Of a stretch of 56,042 nt of DNA, positions 1 through 10,600 are shown one piece after another; position 1 is the first letter of the stretch, and each line of letters begins with the position of its first letter. This stretch comes from a virus. Taxonomy: Duplodnaviria; Caudoviricetes. Location: positions 1-56,042 of the IMG/VR virus record IMGVR_UViG_3300021961_000122, one strand, 5' to 3'. The position numbers and the translations under genes are program-made. The notes under the pieces were generated by a model. The model made no database searches. It saw only the letters and a program-made list of their open reading frames with translations, and had not been told where the DNA came from.

Positions 1-137
1 GGCTCAATGGAAGATGGGAATTCATCTCCAGCACCAGCATTACGTGTTTCGTAAACAATGTTGTGGTGATCCAACCACGTTTTCAAATATGCGGGCCGGT
101 CAGGAGTTTGATGCTGAAGTATCAGTACGGGTTTCAC
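1..137 (-). CDS. Class I glutamine amidotransferase-like protein, N-terminal part (runs off the window)
   Basis: Not in the ORF track. GTG at 137 translates as MKPVLILQHQTPDRPAYLKTWLDHHNIVYETRNAGAGDEFPSSIE, matching the GATase1 'VLILQH...P..L..WL' N-terminus. Starts 2 nt after the upstream stop. Confidence 0.6.
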   Translation of the reverse strand, partial: MKPVLILQHQTPDRPAYLKTWLDHHNIVYETRNAGAGDEFPSSIE

Positions 138-139
138 GG

Positions 140-538
140 CTATCGTGGATAACCCTTAAACGGTTTCACGGGACTGTTTTTTTGTATCCAATCGGCTTCG
201 TGGCTTCTATTGTCAGTAAGTTTTTTAATACGGCCCGCGCCAACCATTTTTGCAGCCGAATTAACAATGGCTAATTCTTCATCTGTGTAAGTGGCCAGAA
301 GTGGGTCTCCAGCAGTAGCACCAGCAGGATCTGTAGGATAATCTGGAGCGCCTGCCATAGCAATGCCAAAGCGCCATTGTGTGTAAGGGCTGCCGCCTTG
401 CTTGTTTTGACTTAAATCGGGCAAGCTGATCAAACCCTTTAGTGCAGAACGCTGCGACTTGGGCATTTTTTTACCAGATGCTGGAACATCAGCGGCACTG
501 CCGTATGTGGTTTCTGTAATAAATTCTCGTGCTCTCAT
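140..538 (-). CDS. Putative internal head protein (starts MRAREFITE); paralog of 1706..2086
   Basis: Start re-placed to the ATG at 538, which forms a TAATG overlap with the upstream stop. C-terminal SHE.D.....SPVK.F.GY.R is shared with 1706..2086. Confidence 0.6.
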   Translation of the reverse strand: MRAREFITETTYGSAADVPASGKKMPKSQRSALKGLISLPDLSQNKQGGSPYTQWRFGIAMAGAPDYPTDPAGATAGDPLLATYTDEELAIVNSAAKMVGAGRIKKLTDNRSHEADWIQKNSPVKPFKGYPR

Positions 539-828
539 TAACAGTTCCAACGCTTACGTGCTTTGCATATTGCTTTGTCAGGTGTTTTAGAACAGTCAAT
601 ATTGTGCATTTTCTTTTGGCCTGCAGATCTAGCGCAATAACTTGATCTGCGTTTGGCATCTTTACTGCCTTTTTTTAGTTTACTGGGTTTTGTAGTTACA
701 GCAGTTTTTAGTTTGCTACCAGGATGTTCGCGACGATAAGCAGCAACGGCCTTTTTACTCATGCCATCAGTTTTGTCTTTTTTATTAACCTTTTGCCAAT
801 CTTCAGTAACGAATTCACTTGCTCGCAT
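538..828 (-). CDS. Small basic putative internal head protein (starts MRASEFVTE; DUF6321-like)
   Basis: Lys/Arg-rich. The GMSKKAVAAYRR...KRRSSYCARS.G...KARKRWNC pattern recalls DUF6321. Translationally coupled on both sides. Confidence 0.6.
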   Translation of the reverse strand: MRASEFVTEDWQKVNKKDKTDGMSKKAVAAYRREHPGSKLKTAVTTKPSKLKKGSKDAKRRSSYCARSAGQKKMHNIDCSKTPDKAICKARKRWNC

Positions 829-1703
829 TATAAATCCTTTAACTTCATATGGCCAAACGGTGGGTCACCTTTGGTGTTTTGCCATAGTTCTCTATTGCCC
901 AGTATTTCAACCCATACATTATTATTAGGCTGATTCAATCCCCAGAAATCAAACTTTACATGACTACTTACAGGACGGCAGTATAGCGTTTTTTCTTTTG
1001 GTACGCACAACTGCTGGCTAGTAGTTCTATATTTGTTTGCCTCAGTACTGGTTCTCATTATATTTAGCTGCGGATGATTGATATACACTTGACATAATCC
1101 ATCAACTAGATCTTCAGGTTTAGTTGCGTTTTCTACAACTGCTTGAGCTTGCAAAAATCTTGCTTCGCTGCTGATACGATCTAGAACTTCTTGTTTGTTT
1201 TTTGACGAGCGTTGAAATCCTGACCAGGGCATCCATAAGCCGTGATTGGTTCTTACTACAATTTCATCATTGGGTATTTTTTTAACATAGTATCTGTAGG
1301 GGCGAGTGCCATCTTGATCAGATGCTTCTATTAGATACATGGTGTTTTGATCAAACACCATAGTGCATCCCACTAACTTGTGCTTGAGCAATAGTTTGAC
1401 TGCATTTTTAACATTACTTTGCAACAATGCTTCAGCAATAATTTTGCCGTCGGGACTGTTTTTTGTTTTTCCTGCTGTAACGTCTGGTTCATCGTCAAAC
1501 ACATCTAAGCTGGTGTTTAATATGCTGATACCATTGCTGTTGATGCCTTCCATATAGCCAGTGACCAAGTCATGCATCATCATACGACCCACGCCGTCTT
1601 TTTCTTGTTCAATGAAATCTAATTCAGGTGTGTATTTGCGGTCGCGGTTCTTAGCACCAGCCCACCCTGTTCCCGGGAAGTATTTGGCGACTATTATGCA
1701 CAT
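828..1703 (-). CDS. Ntn-hydrolase-fold protein (NRDE/C45-like, N-terminal Cys nucleophile)
   Basis: Begins MC; contains KNRDR, EGINS.G and RTNH motifs typical of Ntn hydrolases. Confidence 0.55.
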   Translation of the reverse strand: MCIIVAKYFPGTGWAGAKNRDRKYTPELDFIEQEKDGVGRMMMHDLVTGYMEGINSNGISILNTSLDVFDDEPDVTAGKTKNSPDGKIIAEALLQSNVKNAVKLLLKHKLVGCTMVFDQNTMYLIEASDQDGTRPYRYYVKKIPNDEIVVRTNHGLWMPWSGFQRSSKNKQEVLDRISSEARFLQAQAVVENATKPEDLVDGLCQVYINHPQLNIMRTSTEANKYRTTSQQLCVPKEKTLYCRPVSSHVKFDFWGLNQPNNNVWVEILGNRELWQNTKGDPPFGHMKLKDL

Positions 1704-1705
1704 GG

Positions 1706-2086
1706 CTATCTAGCGTAACCGCGGAATGATTTTACAGGACTAACCGTATTGGTATCATCAGTTTCGTGGCTGCCGTTACCAATTTTATCGCCGGGATTCA
1801 TGTCTAGTTTTTTCATGATGGCCAGCAATTTTTTGCGATCGTGTTCAGTATAAGCACTGAAAATAGGTACGTTGCCAAAGAAATTGATATCGTCGGCATC
1901 TTCAAGTTCTTCTAAATCCATGCCAGCAAGCACAGCCACACGATAGTGATCATAATAACGTCCCCAGTATGTGTCTGATTTAGATTCGGGACCAATCAGG
2001 CCAGGGTGTGCCCGCTCGAATTCATGGCGAGCGTGAGCCCTGTGAGTCCTACGTTGGCCCTCAGTAATGAATTCGCTTGCTCTCAT
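1706..2086 (-). CDS. Putative internal head protein (starts MRASEFITE); paralog of 140..538
   Basis: Capsid-targeting-like N-terminus. AYT..D/E and the C-terminal SHETD..NTVSPVKSFRGYAR are shared with 140..538. Confidence 0.6.
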   Translation of the reverse strand: MRASEFITEGQRRTHRAHARHEFERAHPGLIGPESKSDTYWGRYYDHYRVAVLAGMDLEELEDADDINFFGNVPIFSAYTEHDRKKLLAIMKKLDMNPGDKIGNGSHETDDTNTVSPVKSFRGYAR

Positions 2087-2096
2087 AATTTATAAA

Positions 2097-3878
2097 TTAT
2101 GATTTGCCAAACTGTTTGTATAAGTCGAACAACTTACGCTCAAGTTCGACACTTTCTTCCATGCTAACTTGTCTACGCAACTGACTTGCAATAACAGGTG
2201 TAGTTGTTTGACCAGTTGACTTAGGCTTGTTTAGGCCGCCTGCAATAGTCTGAGTCATAAACTCAGTGTCTTGTACTTCAACGTTAGGCGAGTTAGCAAG
2301 GTCTTCTTCTACAGCTTCGCAACCACACGCACTTTCGCCGCATACTGGGCATGATGCGTTGTCGGCAGCAGGTGCTTCAGCAGAACCAATGCCAGCATAG
2401 CGTAGTAGATCAGCTAGTTTTTCAGCATCTTCATCAGTAGCGTTAATAGTAAGACTTTTCTGGTTGCCACCATTGGGACCTTGACCTACATGAAAGTCAA
2501 AATTCATCGACTCAGTGATTAACTGCTCTAGCTTTGAATCTAGTTCTTCATAAACACCTTTACCAAACTTGATTCCACCTTTGGATTTCTTTGGTTTATC
2601 TTCCTCGGGTGTGGCTTCTTTTTCGGCGCCTTCTTCTTTAACTTTCTCAGGCAAGCCTTTGTGCTTGGTCTTGGCAAAGTCTTCGGCGTCTTTCTTTTTC
2701 ATATCCTTAGCAACTTTGGCCACTTCCTTACTGGCAGGTTTTTCACCTTTTTGTGCAGCATGAACCATGCCCATAAAGCGTTGTTGCTTTTTGCTAACTG
2801 CTTTTTCGTCTAATTCTTCTTCGCCATCTTTTTCAGACTTGATATAGTCACGAGCTGTATCTAAATAATCAACAGCTTTAGTGATTTTTGCCTGTACCCA
2901 TTCTGGCAAGTTTTCATCCGAAGCCAAAATACTACGCAACTCTTCGGCTGCATCTTTGGCCTGCGACAAATCTTGCTTGGCCATTCCGGCTTCGTCATCA
3001 TACTCGTCGTCTTCGCGAGTCATTAGTTTAGAACGACCAGACGGTCCTTTGGCACCCATCTTACCGCCAGTTCCTTTTGGACGACCACGACCACGTTTTT
3101 CACCGTCAGCTGATGGTTCTTCATCAGCACCAACGCTAATGCCATCGGGACGCACACGGCGTGTAACTTTCATGCCAGTAGCTGTTTTTTCAATGTCGTG
3201 TTTATGGCCGGCCATCTTGTCGCCGGTTTTTAGTTTGGAAATATCTTGGCGGCGTTTTTCAACGCTCTTCTCCATGTCGTCCCAACCTTCTTCAACATCA
3301 TCATGTTCGATTTCGCGAACTTTATTAAGAGCATTACGCATAGCGTCAGCAGCTACGTCGCCTAACATTTCGTCAACTTCTTTTTTAGCACCGGCAATTT
3401 TGTCAGCAAAAGTAATTTTGTCTTTGGGCTCAGCCAATGCGGCAAAACTTTTTTCTTTGTCGCTCATGCCTTCTTCTTTGACAGGATACGTCTTACCGTC
3501 AACACTAAACGAATCTTTGTGTTGAGATTTAGCCTTGGCTAACTCTCCAGAAAACTCATTACCTTCTTCCATATCACCTTCAGCCATGCCTTCCTTTGCT
3601 ACATTTTGAGCAAATTGTGCCATGTGACGGAGATGTGCGTCCTTGCTGTGTGTGGCTTTTTCAATTTTGGCCTTAGGAATTTTTTCACCTTGTGGCACAT
3701 GCAATGCACGATGCAAGCCGCCTTTATTTTTTTCAACACCGGTCTTTTGAATCCACTTTTCACTATCTTCGACAATCTTTTTGAATTCACTTGTTTTGGC
3801 CTGTTCAACCGGCTGCGATTGTTCTTGTTCTTTTGCCAGCTCGGCAAATTTTTTATTTAGGTTGTAGAAAAAACTCAT
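2097..3878 (-). CDS. Large charged modular head-associated/internal protein with DUF3008-like and AT-hook-like segments
   Basis: Start re-placed to MSFFYNL at 3878 (GAGGA upstream). KAVSKKQQRFMG...KHKGLPEKV is DUF3008-like; KRGRGRPKG is AT-hook-like; many [ILV]xE sites. Confidence 0.55.
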   Translation of the reverse strand: MSFFYNLNKKFAELAKEQEQSQPVEQAKTSEFKKIVEDSEKWIQKTGVEKNKGGLHRALHVPQGEKIPKAKIEKATHSKDAHLRHMAQFAQNVAKEGMAEGDMEEGNEFSGELAKAKSQHKDSFSVDGKTYPVKEEGMSDKEKSFAALAEPKDKITFADKIAGAKKEVDEMLGDVAADAMRNALNKVREIEHDDVEEGWDDMEKSVEKRRQDISKLKTGDKMAGHKHDIEKTATGMKVTRRVRPDGISVGADEEPSADGEKRGRGRPKGTGGKMGAKGPSGRSKLMTREDDEYDDEAGMAKQDLSQAKDAAEELRSILASDENLPEWVQAKITKAVDYLDTARDYIKSEKDGEEELDEKAVSKKQQRFMGMVHAAQKGEKPASKEVAKVAKDMKKKDAEDFAKTKHKGLPEKVKEEGAEKEATPEEDKPKKSKGGIKFGKGVYEELDSKLEQLITESMNFDFHVGQGPNGGNQKSLTINATDEDAEKLADLLRYAGIGSAEAPAADNASCPVCGESACGCEAVEEDLANSPNVEVQDTEFMTQTIAGGLNKPKSTGQTTTPVIASQLRRQVSMEESVELERKLFDLYKQFGKS

Positions 3879-3882
3879 TGTA

Positions 3883-4488
3883 TTATCCTCTTGGGTTGTA
3901 ACCAGTTGCTGGCTTCGGTGGTCTCTTGACCTTTGACATGGGACTTGTATTTCCCATAGGTAAACTGTTAGTGGTAACAGCAGGTGGTGTCTTACCACCG
4001 GCTACAGTGAAATCACTGCGATATGCATTTTTCAATACTGCGTGATCATCAGGTGCAGCAGAGTAATCTTTGCTTAGGGCTTTTTGTTCAGCATCGGGAG
4101 CAGGATAAGGAGACTTCAACAGATCCTTGTTTTGTGCTGCCATGTCAGCATTTAATTTGTCATTGCTGTCTTCGTAAGGCACAGTGAGCATACGCACACG
4201 ATTAGGATCCAAGCCCAATAGCTGTGCTATTTGACGAATCTGCGGCTCAATAGCTGGATAGCGAAACTCTACATCAACGTGTGTGCAGCTTTCGTTGTTA
4301 ATTTCTGGAAAGTCCGCTAACCGTGCCATTACTGGTGTGGTCTTGGGCGAAGAAATTTTAACAACGTCAAACTGTTGAAGTTTTTCTTCAAGAGCTCGAA
4401 CAAAGTCTTTAGGAGCATCACCGGCAATTTTAATGCGGTAATTGTATACTCGCTCATTTTCTAACAAATATTCTCTGAAATGTTTCAT
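3883..4488 (-). CDS. Hypothetical virion protein (starts MKHFREYLLE)
   Basis: 201-aa ORF with a TAAATA motif at 4506-4511 and an N-terminus like a capsid-targeting sequence. Confidence 0.55.
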   Translation of the reverse strand: MKHFREYLLENERVYNYRIKIAGDAPKDFVRALEEKLQQFDVVKISSPKTTPVMARLADFPEINNESCTHVDVEFRYPAIEPQIRQIAQLLGLDPNRVRMLTVPYEDSNDKLNADMAAQNKDLLKSPYPAPDAEQKALSKDYSAAPDDHAVLKNAYRSDFTVAGGKTPPAVTTNSLPMGNTSPMSKVKRPPKPATGYNPRG

Positions 4489-4508
4489 GATTAATCCCTA
4501 TACAATAT

Positions 4509-5012
4509 TTATGCTTGTTTACTTTTTTGGTCCCGAGCGCCGATTAGCCGTTCAAGCAAATCGTTGCGACTTAACACCTGCCCTTCGGCAGTTTCAATTA
4601 TTTCAACAGAGTCATCCTTACTGTTGACTTTTTCCTTGTCAAGATCCAGCTTGGCTTTTTGCAACTGTAGCTGAATCATTTTTAATTTCTTGTTCATTTT
4701 AGCTGTTTTAGCTGTTAGTGCGTGTCCTAACATTGTGCCGGCTACAGCAAATATTTCACTGGCATAGCGACTGTCTACTTGCATGCCCAGGTCCATCAAA
4801 TCGTTGAATGTGTCAGTAGCTTTTGTAGCCAGCTCATCCATTTCACCATCGCTTGATTCCAGTCCTCGCACAGACGGTAATGCAGCATCAATTTTGTCTA
4901 TAGTACTGTCAATTTCAGCTATAGCCTGCTTGGTTTCATCAATTGAAACCACGGGTTCATCTGAGTCCGCTGTACTTGGAGGCAGGTCGAATAGTTCTTC
5001 TAATTTGCGCAT
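4509..5012 (-). CDS. Helical protein, possibly terminase small subunit (gp16-like)
   Basis: 167 aa, coiled-coil. The DSRYASEIF...KLKMIQLQLQK layout resembles T4-like TerS, and it lies next to gp4. Function tentative. Confidence 0.4.
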   Translation of the reverse strand: MRKLEELFDLPPSTADSDEPVVSIDETKQAIAEIDSTIDKIDAALPSVRGLESSDGEMDELATKATDTFNDLMDLGMQVDSRYASEIFAVAGTMLGHALTAKTAKMNKKLKMIQLQLQKAKLDLDKEKVNSKDDSVEIIETAEGQVLSRNDLLERLIGARDQKSKQA

Positions 5013-5045
5013 ACTGTATTTACCGTATTAACGGCTCAGGTGAGC

Positions 5046-5477
5046 TTAATTTTTACCGTTCTTGAACATATCGTGCTCATTTATAACACGAAAGGTTAGA
5101 CCGTTGCGTTTGCACCACTTGGTGGCCGCATCCCACTTGCTGTAGTTAATAGCCACGACCATACGATCTCGATTGCTCATTTTGCTTTCAATAATGCTTT
5201 GTTTTTTGGGCTTGATTTCAATCAACTCAGCAACCAGGGTATTCTGGCGTGTTTTGTATGTGATCAAAAAATCCGGAACATAAATGCTTTGCTTGCCAGT
5301 TACTGGATTGCGATAGGGTATTTGTATAGATTCACTTGCCCACTGCATAACGTGTTCGTTGTTGTCCAGGAATCGCATAAACGCCAATTCCCAACCTGAA
5401 CGATAGCGGGGAATACCCTTGCCTACATACTTGGCGGGGTTTTTAACGGTGTAGGCGCCTTGTGCAAACTTGCTCAT
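5046..5477 (-). CDS. gp4: Head completion nuclease (T4 gp4 / TnsA-like PD-(D/E)xK)
   Basis: YRSGWELAFMRFLD...WASE...IPY...YVPDF...IEIKP...KW.AA..WC motifs. Confidence 0.85.
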   Translation of the reverse strand: MSKFAQGAYTVKNPAKYVGKGIPRYRSGWELAFMRFLDNNEHVMQWASESIQIPYRNPVTGKQSIYVPDFLITYKTRQNTLVAELIEIKPKKQSIIESKMSNRDRMVVAINYSKWDAATKWCKRNGLTFRVINEHDMFKNGKN

Positions 5478-5836
5478 GCTCGGACATTACGGGCGGGATA
5501 GTAGTTGGGTTGTATTGGGGTTGATACTCCCAACAATGTACTATTGCTACGCAAGTCATTGAGATAATAAGCAATAGTTATATCTAACTCTGCGGGACCC
5601 GATGCTGTTTGTATCTGCTCAAGCAATGACATAGCCGATATGCCTTGCTGGTTGGCCACTCGGAATATGGCGGTAGTAAAGTTTGTAGCCGCAGACTCTG
5701 TGGTGTAGATCGATTTAAAATAAGAAAGTACAGCGTCCCACTCATTAACTGGAACTACAGACTCAAAGCCATAGAAATCGTCAAACACACGAACAGTGAG
5801 ATCAACGTTGTAGTTTGGAGCATTAATGGTGCTCAT
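5474..5836 (-). CDS. Hypothetical virion/baseplate protein
   Basis: 120-aa ORF coupled by ATGA overlaps within the tail operon. Confidence 0.55.
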   Translation of the reverse strand: MSTINAPNYNVDLTVRVFDDFYGFESVVPVNEWDAVLSYFKSIYTTESAATNFTTAIFRVANQQGISAMSLLEQIQTASGPAELDITIAYYLNDLRSNSTLLGVSTPIQPNYYPARNVRA

Positions 5837-6963
5837 TCAGTTTTTCCTTTGGGCGAAGTGGGAAATAACATACTGTTAGCAGAATTGGCTGCATTACGCA
5901 TTGCGCCAGGCAAGCTGTTTCGTAGTACATCCTGCTTTATAGTCTTAGCATCATTTCTAACAAGATCACCAATTGAATTTTTCTTCAATGTAGCGTTGAC
6001 GTTGAGAGCTTTTTGTACGCCACCAATAACATTAACCAAGCTGCCTTGGCCGCTTGCCAATGCTTGAATATCTTCCATAATACCCACGCCAGCATCCAAC
6101 AAGCCACCTTGCCCCAGGACAGTAGCCTGACTTCCGGGGCGAGCCAACGAACTTCTAATTTGATCGTAACGATTGGGATCAGCAAATCCTGTTACATTAG
6201 TATCTGGACGTGATGCACCAATTGCACCTGAATAATACTTAACAGTTTCATAGCGTATGGTAACTGTGTGCGTCATTATCTCGCCACCTTGACTGTAGTC
6301 ATAAGTGTCATGACGCCAGTCAGTGATCATAGGATTGATTAACACATAAGCAGCAAACTTGTGTTGATTCAAGCCATAAATTTTAATATCTTTAAAGAAT
6401 TTTGGCTTTCCAGATTGACTAAATGTACCATCAGAGTATGATTCGCCTGCATAGCCCCAATCGTTTACAAAGCGATCGTCATTATAAGTGTCGCTGTTAT
6501 TGTAACTAAAACCAGTTGGAGTGGTTGCTTGATTACCGCTGGTTCCACTGGTATTGGGTATACCTTCGTATTTGTTTACGGGATCTTTGTAATAGTAATT
6601 AAAGTATTGATACCATAAATTACGTATCAAATCGCCGCCGTCGTCATTAAAAGTAATTTGTACAGGCTGATATTCAATTTTGCTTTGAACCAGTCGTTTA
6701 CGATTGTATTGATTTAGTGTGTCAACTGAAATTTGATAACTTGGCAAATCAATTGTTTTTACTGACAGGCCGATACTGGGTATAGCATCAGTATCCAATG
6801 ATGGTATAGCAGCGGTATTTAAATTAAAATATGTGTGATATAAAAACTTGAGTCTAGGAGCAAGTTCGTATCCATTCGTACGAAAGGTTTTATCAGCGTG
6901 GTCATAATCCCTTAACCCGTTATCGCCAATAAAACCTTTTAGGAAGTCTTGCCCAAAACTCAT
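5833..6963 (-). CDS. Tail-tube-fold protein (gp54/gp48-like baseplate-tube junction)
   Basis: VKTIDLPSY...QYNRKR....KIEYQPVQITF.DD tube-like pattern, directly downstream of gp19. Confidence 0.6.
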   Translation of the reverse strand: MSFGQDFLKGFIGDNGLRDYDHADKTFRTNGYELAPRLKFLYHTYFNLNTAAIPSLDTDAIPSIGLSVKTIDLPSYQISVDTLNQYNRKRLVQSKIEYQPVQITFNDDGGDLIRNLWYQYFNYYYKDPVNKYEGIPNTSGTSGNQATTPTGFSYNNSDTYNDDRFVNDWGYAGESYSDGTFSQSGKPKFFKDIKIYGLNQHKFAAYVLINPMITDWRHDTYDYSQGGEIMTHTVTIRYETVKYYSGAIGASRPDTNVTGFADPNRYDQIRSSLARPGSQATVLGQGGLLDAGVGIMEDIQALASGQGSLVNVIGGVQKALNVNATLKKNSIGDLVRNDAKTIKQDVLRNSLPGAMRNAANSANSMLFPTSPKGKTE

Positions 6964-7607
6964 TAGACGCCAGTAGTTACGCCAGTAGCAACGTCTCCTG
7001 CACGACCAACTAACGTTCCTGCTGTACCAACACCACTGCCAATAATCTGATTAGCGTTGTCGAAAGTGATGTTCAAAGCAATGGTCATTGCTTCGCTTGT
7101 GCCATAATTGGCATCGCCGTAGTTTACTGATTTTAGATAGCAACCATACAACTCCCACGATTCGAGCACAATTGGCTCTACTGCACCATTACCACCATCT
7201 AACACTTCAAACTTGGTGATAAACTTGTAGTCAATACCAGCAGAAGCAGACGCCATTTCCATGAAGTCTAATTGTTTCTGTAGTTGTTCGCCAACTAGTT
7301 TCTGTACATTTGCACCAGCGTCATCACGCAAGTTGCATGTAACATCAGCCCATGTGTGCTTGCCAGCCATTTTAATTGTTGAGTTATAAATTGGCAAATC
7401 AATTTGTGCAAATTCAACACTGGGACGAGTAAAATCAATTACTTGCTTAGTTAATTCTGTTACAGGTGCTGCATTGTTTGCGGCTCCAAAATTCTCAAAC
7501 ATCACTCTAAAGCGATATTTGAGTTTGGGCATCAACACGCCCTGCGTTGAAGCACTTTGGTCACTGGCCAAAGGAACTGTCATTCTACTTAGCGATGATA
7601 CGGCCAT
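6963..7607 (-). CDS. gp19: Tail tube protein
   Basis: PKLKYRFRV...RPSV...KMAGKHTW...W.LYGC......YG...Y......I...I.FDNA; follows the sheath gene. Confidence 0.85.
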   Translation of the reverse strand: MAVSSLSRMTVPLASDQSASTQGVLMPKLKYRFRVMFENFGAANNAAPVTELTKQVIDFTRPSVEFAQIDLPIYNSTIKMAGKHTWADVTCNLRDDAGANVQKLVGEQLQKQLDFMEMASASAGIDYKFITKFEVLDGGNGAVEPIVLESWELYGCYLKSVNYGDANYGTSEAMTIALNITFDNANQIIGSGVGTAGTLVGRAGDVATGVTTGV

Positions 7608-7629
7608 TTGCTATTCTCCTATATACTGT

Positions 7630-7635
7630 TATTTA
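7630..7635 (-). promoter_or_regulatory. Late promoter (TAAATA) for the tail tube gene
   Basis: gcaTAAATAac on the minus strand, between the sheath terminator and the gp19 SD (AGGAG). Confidence 0.6.
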
Positions 7636-7653
7636 TGCTAGTTGAGTCTGGTC

Positions 7654-7675
7654 AAAAAAGGAGTGTTTCCACTCC
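7654..7675 (-). terminator. Intrinsic terminator after the tail sheath gene
   Basis: Minus strand reads GGAGTG-GAAA-CACTCC-TTTTTT. Confidence 0.7.
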
Positions 7676-7678
7676 CTT

Positions 7679-10600
7679 TTAAACTGCTCCTCCAGCAATT
7701 TCTCCTGTGTTCTTAATACGAACTGGAATGTAGATAAACTCAACAGCCTTAACTGGCTCAATAGCGATATCAACATACAATTCATTGCGATCAATACGTG
7801 CTGGTGTGTTGTTAGTCAGGTCACAAACAACCAAATAGTCATACAAAGCACGTTTGGCCACCAAGTCAATCATCAAGCCATCGATAGCGTTCTTGATTTG
7901 ATTGCGGGTAATTTGATCATTGGGTTCAAACAAGTATTGCTTACCGATAATATCCAATCGTCCACGAATAAATGCCACCAAGCGTGCCACGTTAATGCGG
8001 TCCATTGCGGTGGTAAGCGTTGTGGATGTCTTGTTACCAAAGTTAGTAATACCAACACCAGGAATAAACGTAATTGGGTTGATAGAATTTTCATACAATA
8101 CATCACGCAATCCTTGACGTACACCTAAGGATTCAAACTCGCCAGTAGTTGAGTTGATATAACCTAATTGCAGTGCATTGTCAACTACACCACGGCGTGT
8201 TCCAGCTGGAGCAAACCAGGGGAACGATACTTCATCACTGCGAATAATTGTTCTAATCATCATGTGACTTGGTGCTGTTACTACGGCACTACCAGTTAGA
8301 TCAGTTGTTTGGCAACTGGGATAGAACACACCCATATACTCGTCAGCAGCGATTAGGCCGTCTTCAGTAGGCAAACCTAAACCGTTGTTGTTGCTGGCCC
8401 ATGTTAGAATGTCCTGTGGGTCTAAACGCAACGGAGTATCGCCAATAACAAAGCCTGTATTGGAGCGCTCGTTGTTGAGGCCAATCATGTTAGGTGCTAG
8501 CTCAGGATATCCAGGGCATGCCAACAAGTTAAATTGACGCTGTTCTTCACGAATATCAGTACTGGTGTCAATGCTTGACTTGAGTGCAGCAACAATGATT
8601 GCACGTTGAGCTTGACGTCCCATGTACGGAGCACCATTAGCCTTCAATCCGCTGGCTGTTACCCATGCATTTTTTTCTGCTGGTAATGTATCATCAGGGA
8701 ACGACTCAGCGTTAAAGTAGTTAACTTGGAAGCTCTTAACATTAAATCCTGAACGGCGTGTGTTAAACAACAGCATACCTTGGGGATATAGTGTAGATTC
8801 GGGCGCATCCAAATCTAGGTAATCACTGGTCAACAAACTGGTGATTGTGGGGAAGTCGCCGGTGATAGGATCTGTAGTTCCGTTAGGTGCCCAACGAGCG
8901 TCAGCAAACAACACACCGTTTGATGTGGTTTGATCGGTGTTGTCAAGTGGTACCCACTGATCTGTACCATTTACACTTTCCCAACGACTAATCACAGGAT
9001 AGTTTTCCAAGTCGCTAGTGTCAATCCACAAGTCACCATAGACCAATGGAGATTCAGATTCGTCAGTTTGTGTTGTTGGTGCTGTAGCACTGATAATAGG
9101 ACCAGTAGCGTTAGTTAAGCTAAGGTCGTAACCGCGAACGTCGTTGGTTACGTTTTGATAACCTTGCCATGTGCCGTTATCCTGAATCATAATGTCCACT
9201 TGATCAGTTGCACTATAGTACCATAGTGTACCATCTGTAGGATCCTGATCAGGAGCATCGTCACTGGCAGTATATGTAAATGTTGGAGCAGTTACCCAGT
9301 TGCTTAATATTAATCCGGACGGAGCTCCATTAGCATAGAATGTGCTAACTCCGCGGACGCTGGTGTTAAAGCCAGCAGCAGTAACTGGAGTTCCTGTGCC
9401 ATTAATCAAAACAATATTACCGCCAGTAGCGTGTGTCATAACAATGGCGCCTGCACTATTAGTAGTAGCACTGACATAAGGAATGTTAGCAGCACTAACT
9501 GCGGCAATAAAGTCAGCTACATCTGTACCTAGCAATTCAGCTGTAACAGTTGTTAGGTTAGCAGTACCAGGCTGTGTGGCAATAATGTCAAATGTGTTTC
9601 CTATTACAAACGGACCAGGAGTGTCAGTATCACCTGTGATTTCAGTAGCACCAGTAATAAATCTTTCAAATATTGTAATGCCGCTGGTAGTATTAAAAAG
9701 TGGATCAACTCGACCAAATGTTGATCCGGCAGGAATATTTGCGCCACCACCGCTAGGGTCTAACGCATAAATTGCATCCGGTTCAGTTAGGTATAATGGG
9801 CAGGCCTGTTGTACAAACAATCCTAGTGTAGCATTGTATTTTTTAACTGATAGTGCTGCGCCTTGATTGACTGCGGAAATCTTTTGCCATACACTGCCTG
9901 TAGGATGAGGTTGAGCTTGTGTAGAACCCCAACGTGGTGCCTGATAACTAGGTGCAGCCAAGAAAGCCGGAGCATAAGATTCACCTGCTGTCATACCTAG
10001 TGTGGTTAGCGGTGTACCAGTACCAGTGGCTAGTGTAACAGATCCACCGGCAGTAGTACCAGCAGACGAGTCGGCATAAATGTACAATCTGCCACCAATT
10101 GTAGCGGCATAAACGCCAGTAATAGCAGCATCATTGATTGCTGTAGCTACACCAGTTACTGTGTTGTTGGGGCTAGCTGGAACAGTAATTACTGATCCAT
10201 TTACAGTAAATGTGTCGGCTTCTGTTAGCGAAGTTGGAGCCAATGTACCGGCTACTGTGGGCCAAGCTGTTTTCCAATCGTCACTGCCAACCAATACCCA
10301 TGTGTTGTACAGATCAGATAGTGTTGTGGAACTGGTTTGTGTAGATGTTGGGCCGCCACGCTTGTAGTAGCCAGGATTAAATGTACTGGTAGCAGTTATA
10401 GCATAATCACCAATGCTGCCCACTGTTTGTAGTGGAACAGTTGTGGAAATTTCCAGTTGTGCTGTATCAGTAATTACAATAGGAGTTTTAACTGTAAAGG
10501 CAGCAGTGGTTTGATTCCACTCAAAAATTCCCCATTGTGAATTGGTTGTATCTAACCAGTATGTGTTATTATTGGGAGAACCAGTGGGACGTGACAACGA

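Noticed and set aside
3879-3998. Upstream extension of ORF 2097..3998 (similar extensions at 550, 15019, 19756 and 54620)
   Set aside because: These overlap the upstream genes. Downstream ATGs with an SD or stop-start coupling fit better.
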